IMG/VR virus record: IMGVR_UViG_3300049927_000079
Coordinates: 1-58,521 of that record
Source: a virus
Lineage: Duplodnaviria > Caudoviricetes
Length of the DNA: 58,521 bases
Strand: one strand, 5' to 3'
Made by a program: the position numbers and the translations under genes. This document shows, in pieces, positions 1 through 7,131 of this stretch. Numbering within the stretch: position 1 is the first letter of the stretch; each line of letters starts with the position of its first letter. The notes beneath the pieces were generated by a model that was not told where the DNA came from, searched no databases, and worked only from the letters and a program-made list of their open reading frames with translations.

Positions 1-30
1 CAGCCAGGATTCATGGCTGGCCGAGGGCGG
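1..30. repeat. Terminal direct repeat, left copy (circular assembly overlap)
   Basis: cagccaggattcatggctggccgagggcgg is identical to 58492-58521, and an ORF reads cleanly across the join. Confidence 0.95.
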
Positions 31-201
31 TACTTCGGAGCCGATTTGCAAGCGTTCGACGTGGAAATTTACACCGACTCGCGCCGAGGCCTTCTGCCAT
101 TCCGGAGCATCCTGCCATGAAGGTTGGGAATCGTCGCCTATCGAGGCGCAGTAAGCACGATTGGTTTCGTGTGCGATGCGTGCCACCTGTTCGCTGTTCA
201 T
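1..201 (-). CDS. RyR-domain protein, 5' part (continues at 58491..58312; 126 aa total)
   Basis: Not in the ORF track. ATG at 201 overlaps the upstream TGA. Translation MNSEQVARIAHETNRAYC...SHESWLAQKKADGWKYGPVKDADKKEHPCFLPYHALP..KD matches the H..W......GW.YG...D...K.HP.L.PY..L RyR-repeat pattern. Confidence 0.85.
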   Translation of the reverse strand, partial: MNSEQVARIAHETNRAYCASIGDDSQPSWQDAPEWQKASARVGVNFHVERLQIGSEVPPSASHESWL

Positions 202-419
202 CAGAATTTCCCGTCGAGCGCAATGGCTGCGTTCGCCGTCATGCGAGCCTCGCGCACCATGCGGAAAGCGGCCGAGCGGTCGGCGGAGTCAGGGCAGTGC
301 GCCTGAATCTCTCGGAACAATACCTTGGCTGCATCGTTCACGGCTTTGTAGTGCGGCACCTTGGCCGGGTCATTGTGGTAGGTGAACATATCGTCAATCT
401 GCTGGTCGCTTAAGGTCAT
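201..419 (-). CDS. Small helical-hairpin protein, Acb2/Tad1-like (DUF7681-type) candidate
   Basis: Pattern FTYH...Y.....AK.L...I...CP.S.DRS.A.....EA.M.ANAAIA; AGGAG RBS upstream. Confidence 0.55.
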   Translation of the reverse strand: MTLSDQQIDDMFTYHNDPAKVPHYKAVNDAAKVLFREIQAHCPDSADRSAAFRMVREARMTANAAIALDGKF

Positions 420-430
420 GGTTTTTTCTC

Positions 431-673
431 CTAAAGTTCGGCATCCCGAAGAACTGACATGCGAATCGGTTGGAGCGGTTGTCCAAACGTCATCACAGTG
501 AGATATAGATTCCCGCTCAACAAGATTCTCAACCGTTCACGCCAGGAAAGTTTCCATTTTGTCTCGACGTAAGGGAGGAGAACATTCGCAGGGAGAGGTC
601 TGTACTCCGGCTGGTTCTTGGCAAACTCCACAAAAGTAGCTTTCTCGCGGGGCTCGGGAACGGTTGGCGTCAT
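431..673 (-). CDS. Conserved phage hypothetical protein
   Basis: ATG at 673 overlaps the upstream stop; FAKNQPEYRPLPA...WKLSWRERLRIL...TFGQPLQP motif. Confidence 0.6.
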   Translation of the reverse strand: MTPTVPEPREKATFVEFAKNQPEYRPLPANVLLPYVETKWKLSWRERLRILLSGNLYLTVMTFGQPLQPIRMSVLRDAEL

Positions 674-975
674 GGCTTTTTCTCCGGCGCCGGGATTGCG
701 ACGCACTCCAGTTCTTGCGTGAACTGCCACTTGGGAGGAATGCAGCCAATCTCGCGCTCGACCCGCAAGGAAAGTTCGTTCATCTGGTTCTGGGTTTGGG
801 CGAAGGCGCGGAACTGAGGCGTAGACTCCAGTACTTCTTTAGCCTGATAGACCGCGACTTGCGCGGTGCGGATCTCCAGCTTCTGTTTTTCGGTCACCAC
901 AGGCTTCGCTTGCGCGAACAGGAGTGCTGCGGTCGCGAGTAAGAATAAGTGCGCGAGGAGGATTTTCAATGGCAT
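670..975 (-). CDS. Secreted coiled-coil protein with signal peptide and a Cys pair
   Basis: Hydrophobic N-terminus ending LFA|Q, helical body, two C-terminal Cys. Confidence 0.6.
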   Translation of the reverse strand: MPLKILLAHLFLLATAALLFAQAKPVVTEKQKLEIRTAQVAVYQAKEVLESTPQFRAFAQTQNQMNELSLRVEREIGCIPPKWQFTQELECVAIPAPEKKP

Positions 976-1008
976 TTCTTCTTTCCCGTAAAGAAGTTGG
1001 TCACGCTA

Positions 1009-1344
1009 TCAAAAAGCCGTACCAGAAAGTGCGGGCTTGGTCGGCAAAGAAAACGGGGTGAGCAGGTTGACCTCGTTCGATGGCCCCGACTCACCTCCTG
1101 GGCCAGTTGCCGTTATCACATAGAAATTATGCTGCCCTTCGACCAGATTGGAACTGTCTGAATAGGTAAGGGTAGTGGCGGAAACGGCTTGCAAAGTCGT
1201 ATAAGGACCGCCCGTAACGCTCGCCTTCTTTACGTTGAAACCAGCTAAAGTGCCCCCGCCCACTCCTGCTACCCAAGCGAGATCGTTATGGTGTTGAGCA
1301 AAGGCCGACAGGGAAAACAAGAACAGCATGAGTAAAGTTTTCAT
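1009..1344 (-). CDS. Secreted fibronectin type III domain protein
   Basis: MKTLLMLFLFSLSAFA|Q signal; L.W...GFNV....GGPY..L.....TY.D.....Y.ITA...GES.PSNEV Fn3 pattern. Confidence 0.75.
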   Translation of the reverse strand: MKTLLMLFLFSLSAFAQHHNDLAWVAGVGGGTLAGFNVKKASVTGGPYTTLQAVSATTLTYSDSSNLVEGQHNFYVITATGPGGESGPSNEVNLLTPFSLPTKPALSGTAF

Positions 1345-1365
1345 AGTTTGAACCAAAATTGGGCG

Positions 1366-1490
1366 CCTGCGGTCCAGGTGCCGTCTTATACCGCTCGTCC
1401 GCTTTCCGGGACCCCTCTAAGGACCAGATAGCGTTTAGGAAAACCCCCGCTTCGCGCCCGCCAACAAGGGCCTTCCCTGGACCGCATGGA
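1366..1490 (-). ncRNA. Candidate structured intergenic RNA
   Basis: Closing helix UGCGGGUCCAGG/CCUGGACCGCA, a 13-bp GU-rich stem GGAAGGCCCUUGU/GCGGGGGUUUUCC that pairs well only on the minus strand, plus smaller stems. Confidence 0.5.
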
Positions 1491-1496
1491 AGTTTG

Positions 1497-2003
1497 TTAA
1501 ATGGTCAACGTAGCCGAAACCGCAGGTGGCGGTGGCGTTGAGACCGTAAACACGTCGCTCGCGGTCAGACTATTGGCCGCATCCACTCCACTGATGTTAG
1601 CTACTCCGTCCGGACCTACGGAAACGATAGCGCCGGACGTGGGATCGACCGTAGCCACGCTCGGGTTATCGGAAGAAAACGTGACAGCGCCGGCCAGCGG
1701 AAGTTCTGTACCTGTTCCGCCTGGGCCTGTCCACTCATGGAACACGGCTTGGCCGGTTCCGCCTGAAGTAACTGTCTTTGGCACGGACGTACCTCCTGAA
1801 AGAATTTGCAAGGTGAGTGTAGCCGACTGCGGGCGGTTCAGAATATGAATTATTTCTAACAGTTCGGCTTCAACCAGAGCGCAGCACCGGCGCATGGACT
1901 CTTGCATGTCGCGGAGCATTCGCAACTCGATGAGTTCGAGGGCGTGCTCGCAAGGGTGCTCGCTCGGGCCACAGTGCTTGCAGATAAAAGAGAAGACGCT
2001 CAC
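1497..2003 (-). CDS. Ig-like (Big_2) domain protein with Cys/His-rich N-terminus; possible internal start at 1784
   Basis: VTFSSDNPSVATVD..G...VG.G.A.I Big_2 motif; in-frame AGGAGG upstream of a GTG at 1784. Confidence 0.7.
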   Translation of the reverse strand: MSVFSFICKHCGPSEHPCEHALELIELRMLRDMQESMRRCCALVEAELLEIIHILNRPQSATLTLQILSGGTSVPKTVTSGGTGQAVFHEWTGPGGTGTELPLAGAVTFSSDNPSVATVDPTSGAIVSVGPDGVANISGVDAANSLTASDVFTVSTPPPPAVSATLTI

Positions 2004-2158
2004 GAAACTTTCCTCCGGCTTACATCCAGTCTCGGTCCTTCCAGTTTCCTTAATATGTACTCGTTCAGACTTACCCCGGCCGCCTCCGCCTCCGCCCGCA
2101 GCCGCTCATGCTGCGCGTCGTCCCGAAAGCGGAGCTGAATCTGGGGACGGTTTTTCAC
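2000..2158 (-). CDS. Ribbon-helix-helix (Arc/HicB-like) regulator, 52 aa
   Basis: Not in the ORF track. MKNRPQIQLRFRDDAQHERLRAEAEAAGVSLNEYILRKLE; overlaps both neighbours by 3-4 nt. Confidence 0.7.
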   Translation of the reverse strand: MKNRPQIQLRFRDDAQHERLRAEAEAAGVSLNEYILRKLEGPRLDVSRRKVS

Positions 2159-2253
2159 CCGAGCACCACCCACGCCCGGTAAAAGATCACAAACGCAATC
2201 GCCCCAAGCATCAACGCAGCGTAGAAAATCGCGGCTCGCTCCTCGAAGGTCAA
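2155..2253 (-). CDS. Small single-TM peptide (32 aa)
   Basis: TTG start overlapping the upstream stop; MTFEERAAIFYAALMLGAIAFVIFYRAWVVLG. Confidence 0.45.
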   Translation of the reverse strand: MTFEERAAIFYAALMLGAIAFVIFYRAWVVLG

Positions 2254-2516
2254 TGGGTCACCATCCTGGTCTTATAAAACCACGGCGGCGCCGGAGGTTG
2301 TTGAAACACGCACCCCGCAAACTTCTCAATCAAGTGCAACTGCCGCCGCGCATCCTCCGCCGTCGCTTCCCCCTCCACCCGGTATACCACCCCAAACCCG
2401 TTCCGGTCCGGTACCGCTTCCCCTACCGCATAAGGCTCAAAACTCCCCAACACCAGACACCCCTCCACATCCATCAACATCTCCACCAGACACATCCAAG
2501 TCTCTAGATTGTTCAT
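2250..2516 (-). CDS. Hypothetical protein
   Basis: Coupled ORF in the leftward operon with AGGA RBS. Confidence 0.5.
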   Translation of the reverse strand: MNNLETWMCLVEMLMDVEGCLVLGSFEPYAVGEAVPDRNGFGVVYRVEGEATAEDARRQLHLIEKFAGCVFQQPPAPPWFYKTRMVTH

Positions 2517-2691
2517 TTCGGTTCCTGCTTTTTGCTTCGCTCTTTCGCCGCCTCGATCCGCTTGTTAGCTTCATACCACTGCGCTGGACTTGGATTGTGA
2601 GTCTGCAAGTGGCCTGCATGGTCCTCTAGTCCCTTGAATTCTAACCCTGGACAGTCAGGACAAATTCGCTTGCCCGGAAAAGCCTGCTCGG

Positions 2692-3096
2692 TCATTTCAA
2701 CCCCCGCATCGCGTTCTTTACCCCAAGCGCGGCACACTGCCCACAGCAGTAGATTCTGCAAGCCTTAGTGTCGTGCCCTAAGCCCGCCGCACCAGAGGAT
2801 ACCCCTGTAACTTCTGAGTCGCGTTTACCAGTTCTAGAATTTTGGCCCCTAACTGGCTTTCGCGCTCTTTCCCGGCCGCTATCACGTTCTGCGATTCCCT
2901 CATCCTTAGCCGCGTTTCCTCCAAGGCTTGCCGACACCGCACGATCTCCTCCTCGATTACCTTTATCGCCTGCTCCACCCAATGCCTCCGTTACTACCCG
3001 TATCACCCACTCCCTTAAACTCTCCCCGCTCTCAAGCGCCCTCCCCTTCGCCTGCCTCACCAACTCCCCGTCCACTCGCTTGATATTCATGTCCAT
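2692..3096 (-). CDS. Ribbon-helix-helix regulator (N-terminal ~40 aa), 3' extent uncertain
   Basis: MNIKRVDGELVRQAKGRALESGESLREWVIRVV is RHH-like; the remainder overlaps 2778..2978 and is low complexity. Confidence 0.55.
   Translation of the reverse strand: MDMNIKRVDGELVRQAKGRALESGESLREWVIRVVTEALGGAGDKGNRGGDRAVSASLGGNAAKDEGIAERDSGRERARKPVRGQNSRTGKRDSEVTGVSSGAAGLGHDTKACRIYCCGQCAALGVKNAMRGLK
2778..2978 (-). CDS. Small coiled-coil hypothetical protein
   Basis: GGAGG RBS and heptad-like charged helix. Confidence 0.45.
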   Translation of the reverse strand: MEQAIKVIEEEIVRCRQALEETRLRMRESQNVIAAGKERESQLGAKILELVNATQKLQGYPLVRRA

Positions 3097-3157
3097 CGGT
3101 TACTACGTTTACCTCGGTTACCATGCCCCGTCAAGCTAATTCGGTTACTTTGGTTAC
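3096..3157 (-). promoter_or_regulatory. Leftward promoter (TTGACG-N17-TAAACG) with four T(C/T)GGTTAC direct repeats
   Basis: Repeats at 3096, 3114, 3141 and 3150 overlap the promoter and the RHH start codon. Confidence 0.6.
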
Positions 3158-3567
3158 TTTAATTTTTCTCAATTTCTTTTGCCCAAAAATCAAGCACAAC
3201 AGAATACGTGTATGCGCGCGGGGAGGGGTGGGGTGTGGACAACCTGTCCGCTCCGACTATGGCCCTGGCTGCCTCTACGACATGGCCAGCACTCCCAGAT
3301 TATCAACAGGTTGCGAGTCCCTACGCCAATTCACCTGAATTAGCGCGTCCTGGGGCACGTCTAAAACCTCTTGCGCGGATCGGCCGCGAATCATGCGCTA
3401 AAGGGGGACTACTGAGGGAAGGTACGACAGGCGAATAGAATCAGCGAATTACGCGGGTGAGCGCTTGCCCTGCGTCACTTGGAAGGAAGGGGATGGCGGA
3501 AAGGCGGAGGGTTCTGCAGTGAAGTCACGCGGGCAGTTGTGGTGCGGTTGTGGTCGCGCACGGGCGT

Positions 3568-3738
3568 TTATCCTTTAAGTATGCCGAAGGTAGCGCCGGA
3601 GTGGCAGAGGCAGAGGAGGAAGGCGAGAAGGCCTGAGCCGAAGGCAATGTAGCCCAGATAAATAATCTTGGGATTAGCGGAGAGCAGGACAGCGAGCAAA
3701 CCGAGCAAAGCGATTAGGAGAGAGAGAGCGATAAGCAT
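3568..3738 (-). CDS. Small two-TM membrane protein
   Basis: MLIALSLLIALLGLLAVLLS...YLGYIAFGSGLLAFLLCLC; GAGG RBS. Confidence 0.55.
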   Translation of the reverse strand: MLIALSLLIALLGLLAVLLSANPKIIYLGYIAFGSGLLAFLLCLCHSGATFGILKG

Positions 3739-3811
3739 GATGAAGAACCTCGAAAGGCATTGAACACCCTGGAACCTTATCCGCGCAAGGTACATTTTGC
3801 ATGGCGCGTGC

Positions 3812-3870
3812 ATAATTCGGTGAGTCTCACCAGATTATTATTGACACGGTTCATACTAGTATGACATCTT
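3812..3870 (+). promoter_or_regulatory. Early rightward promoter with two palindromes
   Basis: TTGACA at 3841 and CATCTT 18 nt later; perfect palindrome TCATACTAGTATGA at 3851-3864; ATAAT..GGTGAG-T-CTCACC..ATTAT at 3812-3838. Confidence 0.55.
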
Positions 3871-3925
3871 CCTTCCTGTAAGACCTGATCGAACTACACG
3901 CGACAGGCACAGGAGGATACACAAA

Positions 3926-4837
3926 ATGTCGTACCTGCATAGCTTTGAAGTGGGAACTAGAGCAAACCGCCAGCAAGCCCCGTTGACCATTGACCAGATA
4001 GCGCAATATGCGCCGTCTGCTCTGGCTACACGGCCGCATGAGAGCCGAAGCGACCGTTACACCTATATTCCAACCGTGAACGTAATAGAAGGAATGATCC
4101 GCGCTGGATTCCAGCCGTTCAGCGCGTCTCAGTCCAGGTCGCGCGTGGAAGGTAAGTCTGAGTTTACAAAGCACATGATCCGCTTCCGCCATGCTGACCA
4201 GATGCAAGCCAGCGTCGGTGATGTCCTGCCGGAAGTGATTCTAGTCAATAGCCATGACGGTACTTCCGCTTACAAGTTGATTGCAGGGATGTTCCGCTTG
4301 GTTTGCTCGAATGGTCTCATGGTCGCCGATTCGACCACGGGGTCAGTGTCGGTTATGCACAAGGGCAATATCGTGGCGGAAGTGGTGGAAGCGTCGAACG
4401 GAATCATTGAGCAAGCTGGCAAGGCACTCAAAGCGGCCGAGGCCTGGGGACAGTTGCAGTTGACCGCGGGCGAGCAATCCGCGTTTGCCGAGGCGGCGCA
4501 TACGGTGCGGTTTGCTGACTCTGAAGGGAAGGTTACCACTCCGATAACGGCCGCTCAGTTGTTGCAGGCACGGCGCACGGATGACCAGGGAGCGGACCTG
4601 TGGCACACCTTCAACCGCGTGCAGGAAAACACTATCAAAGGTGGATTGACCGCACGGCAGGCCGATACCTTCAACGAACGCGGCCGGCGCGAGCGTGGAC
4701 GCCTAGTGAGCACGCGACAGGTCAAGGGCATTGACCAGGATGTGAAACTGAATCGCGCGCTGTGGCAGCTTGCGGAACGCATGGCGGAATTGAAAGCCGT
4801 TCCACTTGGACCACGAGAGTATATCTCCGGGAGCTAG
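3926..4837 (+). CDS. DUF932/DUF945 family protein
   Basis: PHESRSDRYTYIPT, FTKHMIRFR, NSHDGTSAY, FRLVCSNGL and DLW.TFNRVQEN motifs; AGGAGG RBS. Confidence 0.9.
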   Translation: MSYLHSFEVGTRANRQQAPLTIDQIAQYAPSALATRPHESRSDRYTYIPTVNVIEGMIRAGFQPFSASQSRSRVEGKSEFTKHMIRFRHADQMQASVGDVLPEVILVNSHDGTSAYKLIAGMFRLVCSNGLMVADSTTGSVSVMHKGNIVAEVVEASNGIIEQAGKALKAAEAWGQLQLTAGEQSAFAEAAHTVRFADSEGKVTTPITAAQLLQARRTDDQGADLWHTFNRVQENTIKGGLTARQADTFNERGRRERGRLVSTRQVKGIDQDVKLNRALWQLAERMAELKAVPLGPREYISGS

Positions 4838-4847
4838 TTGCGGCATT

Positions 4848-4870
4848 GGCCGGATGTCGCAGCATCCGGC
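4848..4870. other. GC-rich hairpin
   Basis: GCCGGATG-tcgcag-CATCCGGC just after the DUF932 stop. Confidence 0.5.
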
Positions 4871-4902
4871 GATTGATGCAACCAGCATCGCGAGGAAACA
4901 AG

Positions 4903-5004
4903 ATGTCCATTCAACAGATAGCCGCTATCGCGCTCTGCATTCTCGCTGTAATCATTGTGGTGCCACTCTACTGGTATGCAACTCAGACTGGCGGCCGCCG
5001 GTGA
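4903..5004 (+). CDS. Small single-TM peptide
   Basis: GAGG RBS; MSIQQIAAIALCILAVIIVVPLYWY. Confidence 0.5.
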   Translation: MSIQQIAAIALCILAVIIVVPLYWYATQTGGRR

Positions 5005-5190
5005 GCCCATTCGATCGCATCCGACGAAGACGGCAACCGCATAACCATTCCTTATCCCCACGAACTCAACGGAGAAGACGTTCACCACAAAGCCGCGCAA
5101 GCACTGTGCGAGAAAATGGGCTGGACTGGTGAACTAGTAGGCGGGAGCCTCAAAAATGGTTATGTGTTCGTCTTCGATCCACACTTTTAG
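5005..5190 (+). pseudogene. 5'-truncated conserved phage early gene
   Basis: Reads ..IASDEDGNRITIPYPHELNGEDVHHKAAQALCEKMGWTGELVGGSLKNGYVFVF* with no start codon at its 5' end; in frame behind the TGA at 5002-5004. Confidence 0.55.
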
Positions 5191-5286
5191 CTTCTCCCCC
5201 GGTCTAGGTTTCCTCGACCGCGAGAAGGTCCTGGATGGTACCAGGGGGCGCTACCTAACGCGCCACAATCCCCAACTGGAGGCAAC

Positions 5287-5517
5287 ATGGAGCTACTCAC
5301 GAAGCAGTTACGACACTACGCTGCGAAAGTTCTACAGGCCGCCGATTTGCTGGACGACTTGGGCGACCTTGTGCCGACTACGATCCCCGAACTACCAACG
5401 ACCGGGAAACCAAAGCCAGCACGTAAGCCGATGTCTAAGGCTGCACGGCATAAGATCGCCGTTGCACAACGGAAACGATGGAAATTGTACAAAGGAGGCA
5501 AGGCGAAGGCAGCTTAG
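5287..5517 (+). CDS. Small protein with basic C-terminal helix (putative DNA binding)
   Basis: GGAGG RBS; MSKAARHKIAVAQRKRWK motif. Confidence 0.7.
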   Translation: MELLTKQLRHYAAKVLQAADLLDDLGDLVPTTIPELPTTGKPKPARKPMSKAARHKIAVAQRKRWKLYKGGKAKAA

Positions 5518-5656
5518 TCCTGCTAGTTGGCCAGCGTCGGAGCGCTGGCCTGCAGTGAAGGAACTTTTGCTGGCAGGAGAATAGTATGACGCCGCTCAAC
5601 GAACGACAGAGAAACGACTTAGATAACTGGGTTACCGAGCGCCGGGACCGCTTACG

Positions 5657-5878
5657 ATGATCGAAAACGTAACCGCCCACCGCTGTGTCTGTGAACAATG
5701 CGGCCACGAATGGAAAACTCTTTCGCGCGAGCCGCAACGCTGCCCGAACTGCCTCAAGCGTACCTGGCGCGGTAAAGTTGCGCGAGGACGACCGCGGAAG
5801 AGGACAGAGACGGTTAAGCAGGCGAAGGCGGTATCAGTTCCACTTACGATTCCGAAGCCAATGAGGAAACCATTGTGA
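5657..5878 (+). CDS. Zn-ribbon plus AT-hook protein
   Basis: CEQCGHEW...CPNC and RGRPRK. Confidence 0.65.
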   Translation: MIENVTAHRCVCEQCGHEWKTLSREPQRCPNCLKRTWRGKVARGRPRKRTETVKQAKAVSVPLTIPKPMRKPL

Positions 5879-6255
5879 CGAACGACTGGAAAGATAATTT
5901 CAAAGGCTATGCCATGCGGACAAATTTCTGCATTGGACTGACTAGAACGCAGATGCAGTTTCTCTGTGCCGTGGCCGATGACGTGATGTGGGACCGCTGG
6001 AATTTTGGCAACGTCCACATTCCAGATAACTTCATCGCAGCAGAAACCGCACTCACGAAGCGCGGACTCATTCAGCGCAAGCCTGCCGGCAAACGCAAAC
6101 TCAAGCGCTGGCAGAACGTTTACGAACTCACCCACTTTTGCGAACTCACACCTGCCGGCGAACTGGTTGTGAAACTTTTGAAACTCACCGGCTTGTTTGT
6201 GCAATCCGACTTTGCTGCAGAGCGCAAGGTGGCCACGATGAGGAAACGACGATGA
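5875..6255 (+). CDS. Hypothetical protein (winged-helix-like)
   Basis: Coupled GTG start; AL.KRGLI...ELTPAG pattern. Confidence 0.55.
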   Translation: MTNDWKDNFKGYAMRTNFCIGLTRTQMQFLCAVADDVMWDRWNFGNVHIPDNFIAAETALTKRGLIQRKPAGKRKLKRWQNVYELTHFCELTPAGELVVKLLKLTGLFVQSDFAAERKVATMRKRR

Positions 6256-6280
6256 CGCCCGGATTCCGAGGAGACCAATT

Positions 6281-6466
6281 GTGATTTTAACGCAAGGGCA
6301 GTTTGATAAGTTACGCTACTGGCAGCACGAGGCTGTACCTGGAGGCATCCTCTATGTGGACAGCATGGACTACTCGTATCCCTTTGCTGTCGTGATCCTG
6401 TTCAACCGCCAAGGGATGTCAGAATTAGCCGGCATCTTGCACAATGGCGAATTGGTTCGACCATGA
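6281..6466 (+). CDS. Hypothetical protein
   Basis: GAGGAG RBS; stop overlaps the recombinase start. Confidence 0.5.
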   Translation: MILTQGQFDKLRYWQHEAVPGGILYVDSMDYSYPFAVVILFNRQGMSELAGILHNGELVRP

Positions 6467-7131
6467 CGCCAGCCGTCGCATACTACCGTTGCTCGGGCGT
6501 AGCAGCCGAGTTTGGCGACACCTTTGAGCGCCAGTCTGCTGCAGTCCACCAGTATGCCCAGGCCCACGACATCGAAATCGTGGACGAGTACCGAGACGCC
6601 GGCGTTCCAGGAAAGACCGAACTGCAGAACCGCCCTGGACTCGCAGCCTGCCTTGAACGAGTGGAGAATAACGGCGTCAAGCTGGTGCTGGTGGAGATCT
6701 CTGATCGATTGGCAAGGGACTCGATCGTGTCCGAGTTGATTATCCGCCAGTTCCAGAAAGCAGGCTGCAAGGTTATCTCTGCATCGGGCGGAGTGGACTT
6801 GACCGAAGGCGACGACTCGAATCCAACTGCGAAACTAATCCGGCAAATCTTGGCCTGCGTCGCAGAGTTTGACCGATGCGTTACAGTTCTGAAGTTGAGA
6901 GCCGCTAGGGAACGACAGCGAGCCAATGGTGGACGATGCGAAGGACGAAAAGGTTTTGGGCATCGACCAGGAGAATCAGAAACTTTTGGCTACATCATAA
7001 AAAGTTACGCCGAAGGAATGAGCCCCGCGGCCATTGCGAATAGCTTGGACGCTTTACGAATCCCGACCCGCATGGGAAAAAGATGGCACGCGGCAACGGT
7101 GAGCAAGATACTCAAACGAGTGGCAACGTAG
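6463..7131 (+). CDS. Serine recombinase (resolvase catalytic domain plus short recombinase domain)
   Basis: Y.RCS nucleophile motif, D.GV.G....RPGL, DRLARD, C-terminal IA..L....IPTR.GK.W...TV.KIL. Confidence 0.9.
   Translation: MTPAVAYYRCSGVAAEFGDTFERQSAAVHQYAQAHDIEIVDEYRDAGVPGKTELQNRPGLAACLERVENNGVKLVLVEISDRLARDSIVSELIIRQFQKAGCKVISASGGVDLTEGDDSNPTAKLIRQILACVAEFDRCVTVLKLRAARERQRANGGRCEGRKGFGHRPGESETFGYIIKSYAEGMSPAAIANSLDALRIPTRMGKRWHAATVSKILKRVAT

Noticed and set aside
1-30. 30-bp repeat as a biological terminal repeat or att core
   Set aside because: It falls mid-gene and the ORF is seamless once one copy is removed, as expected for an assembler overlap.
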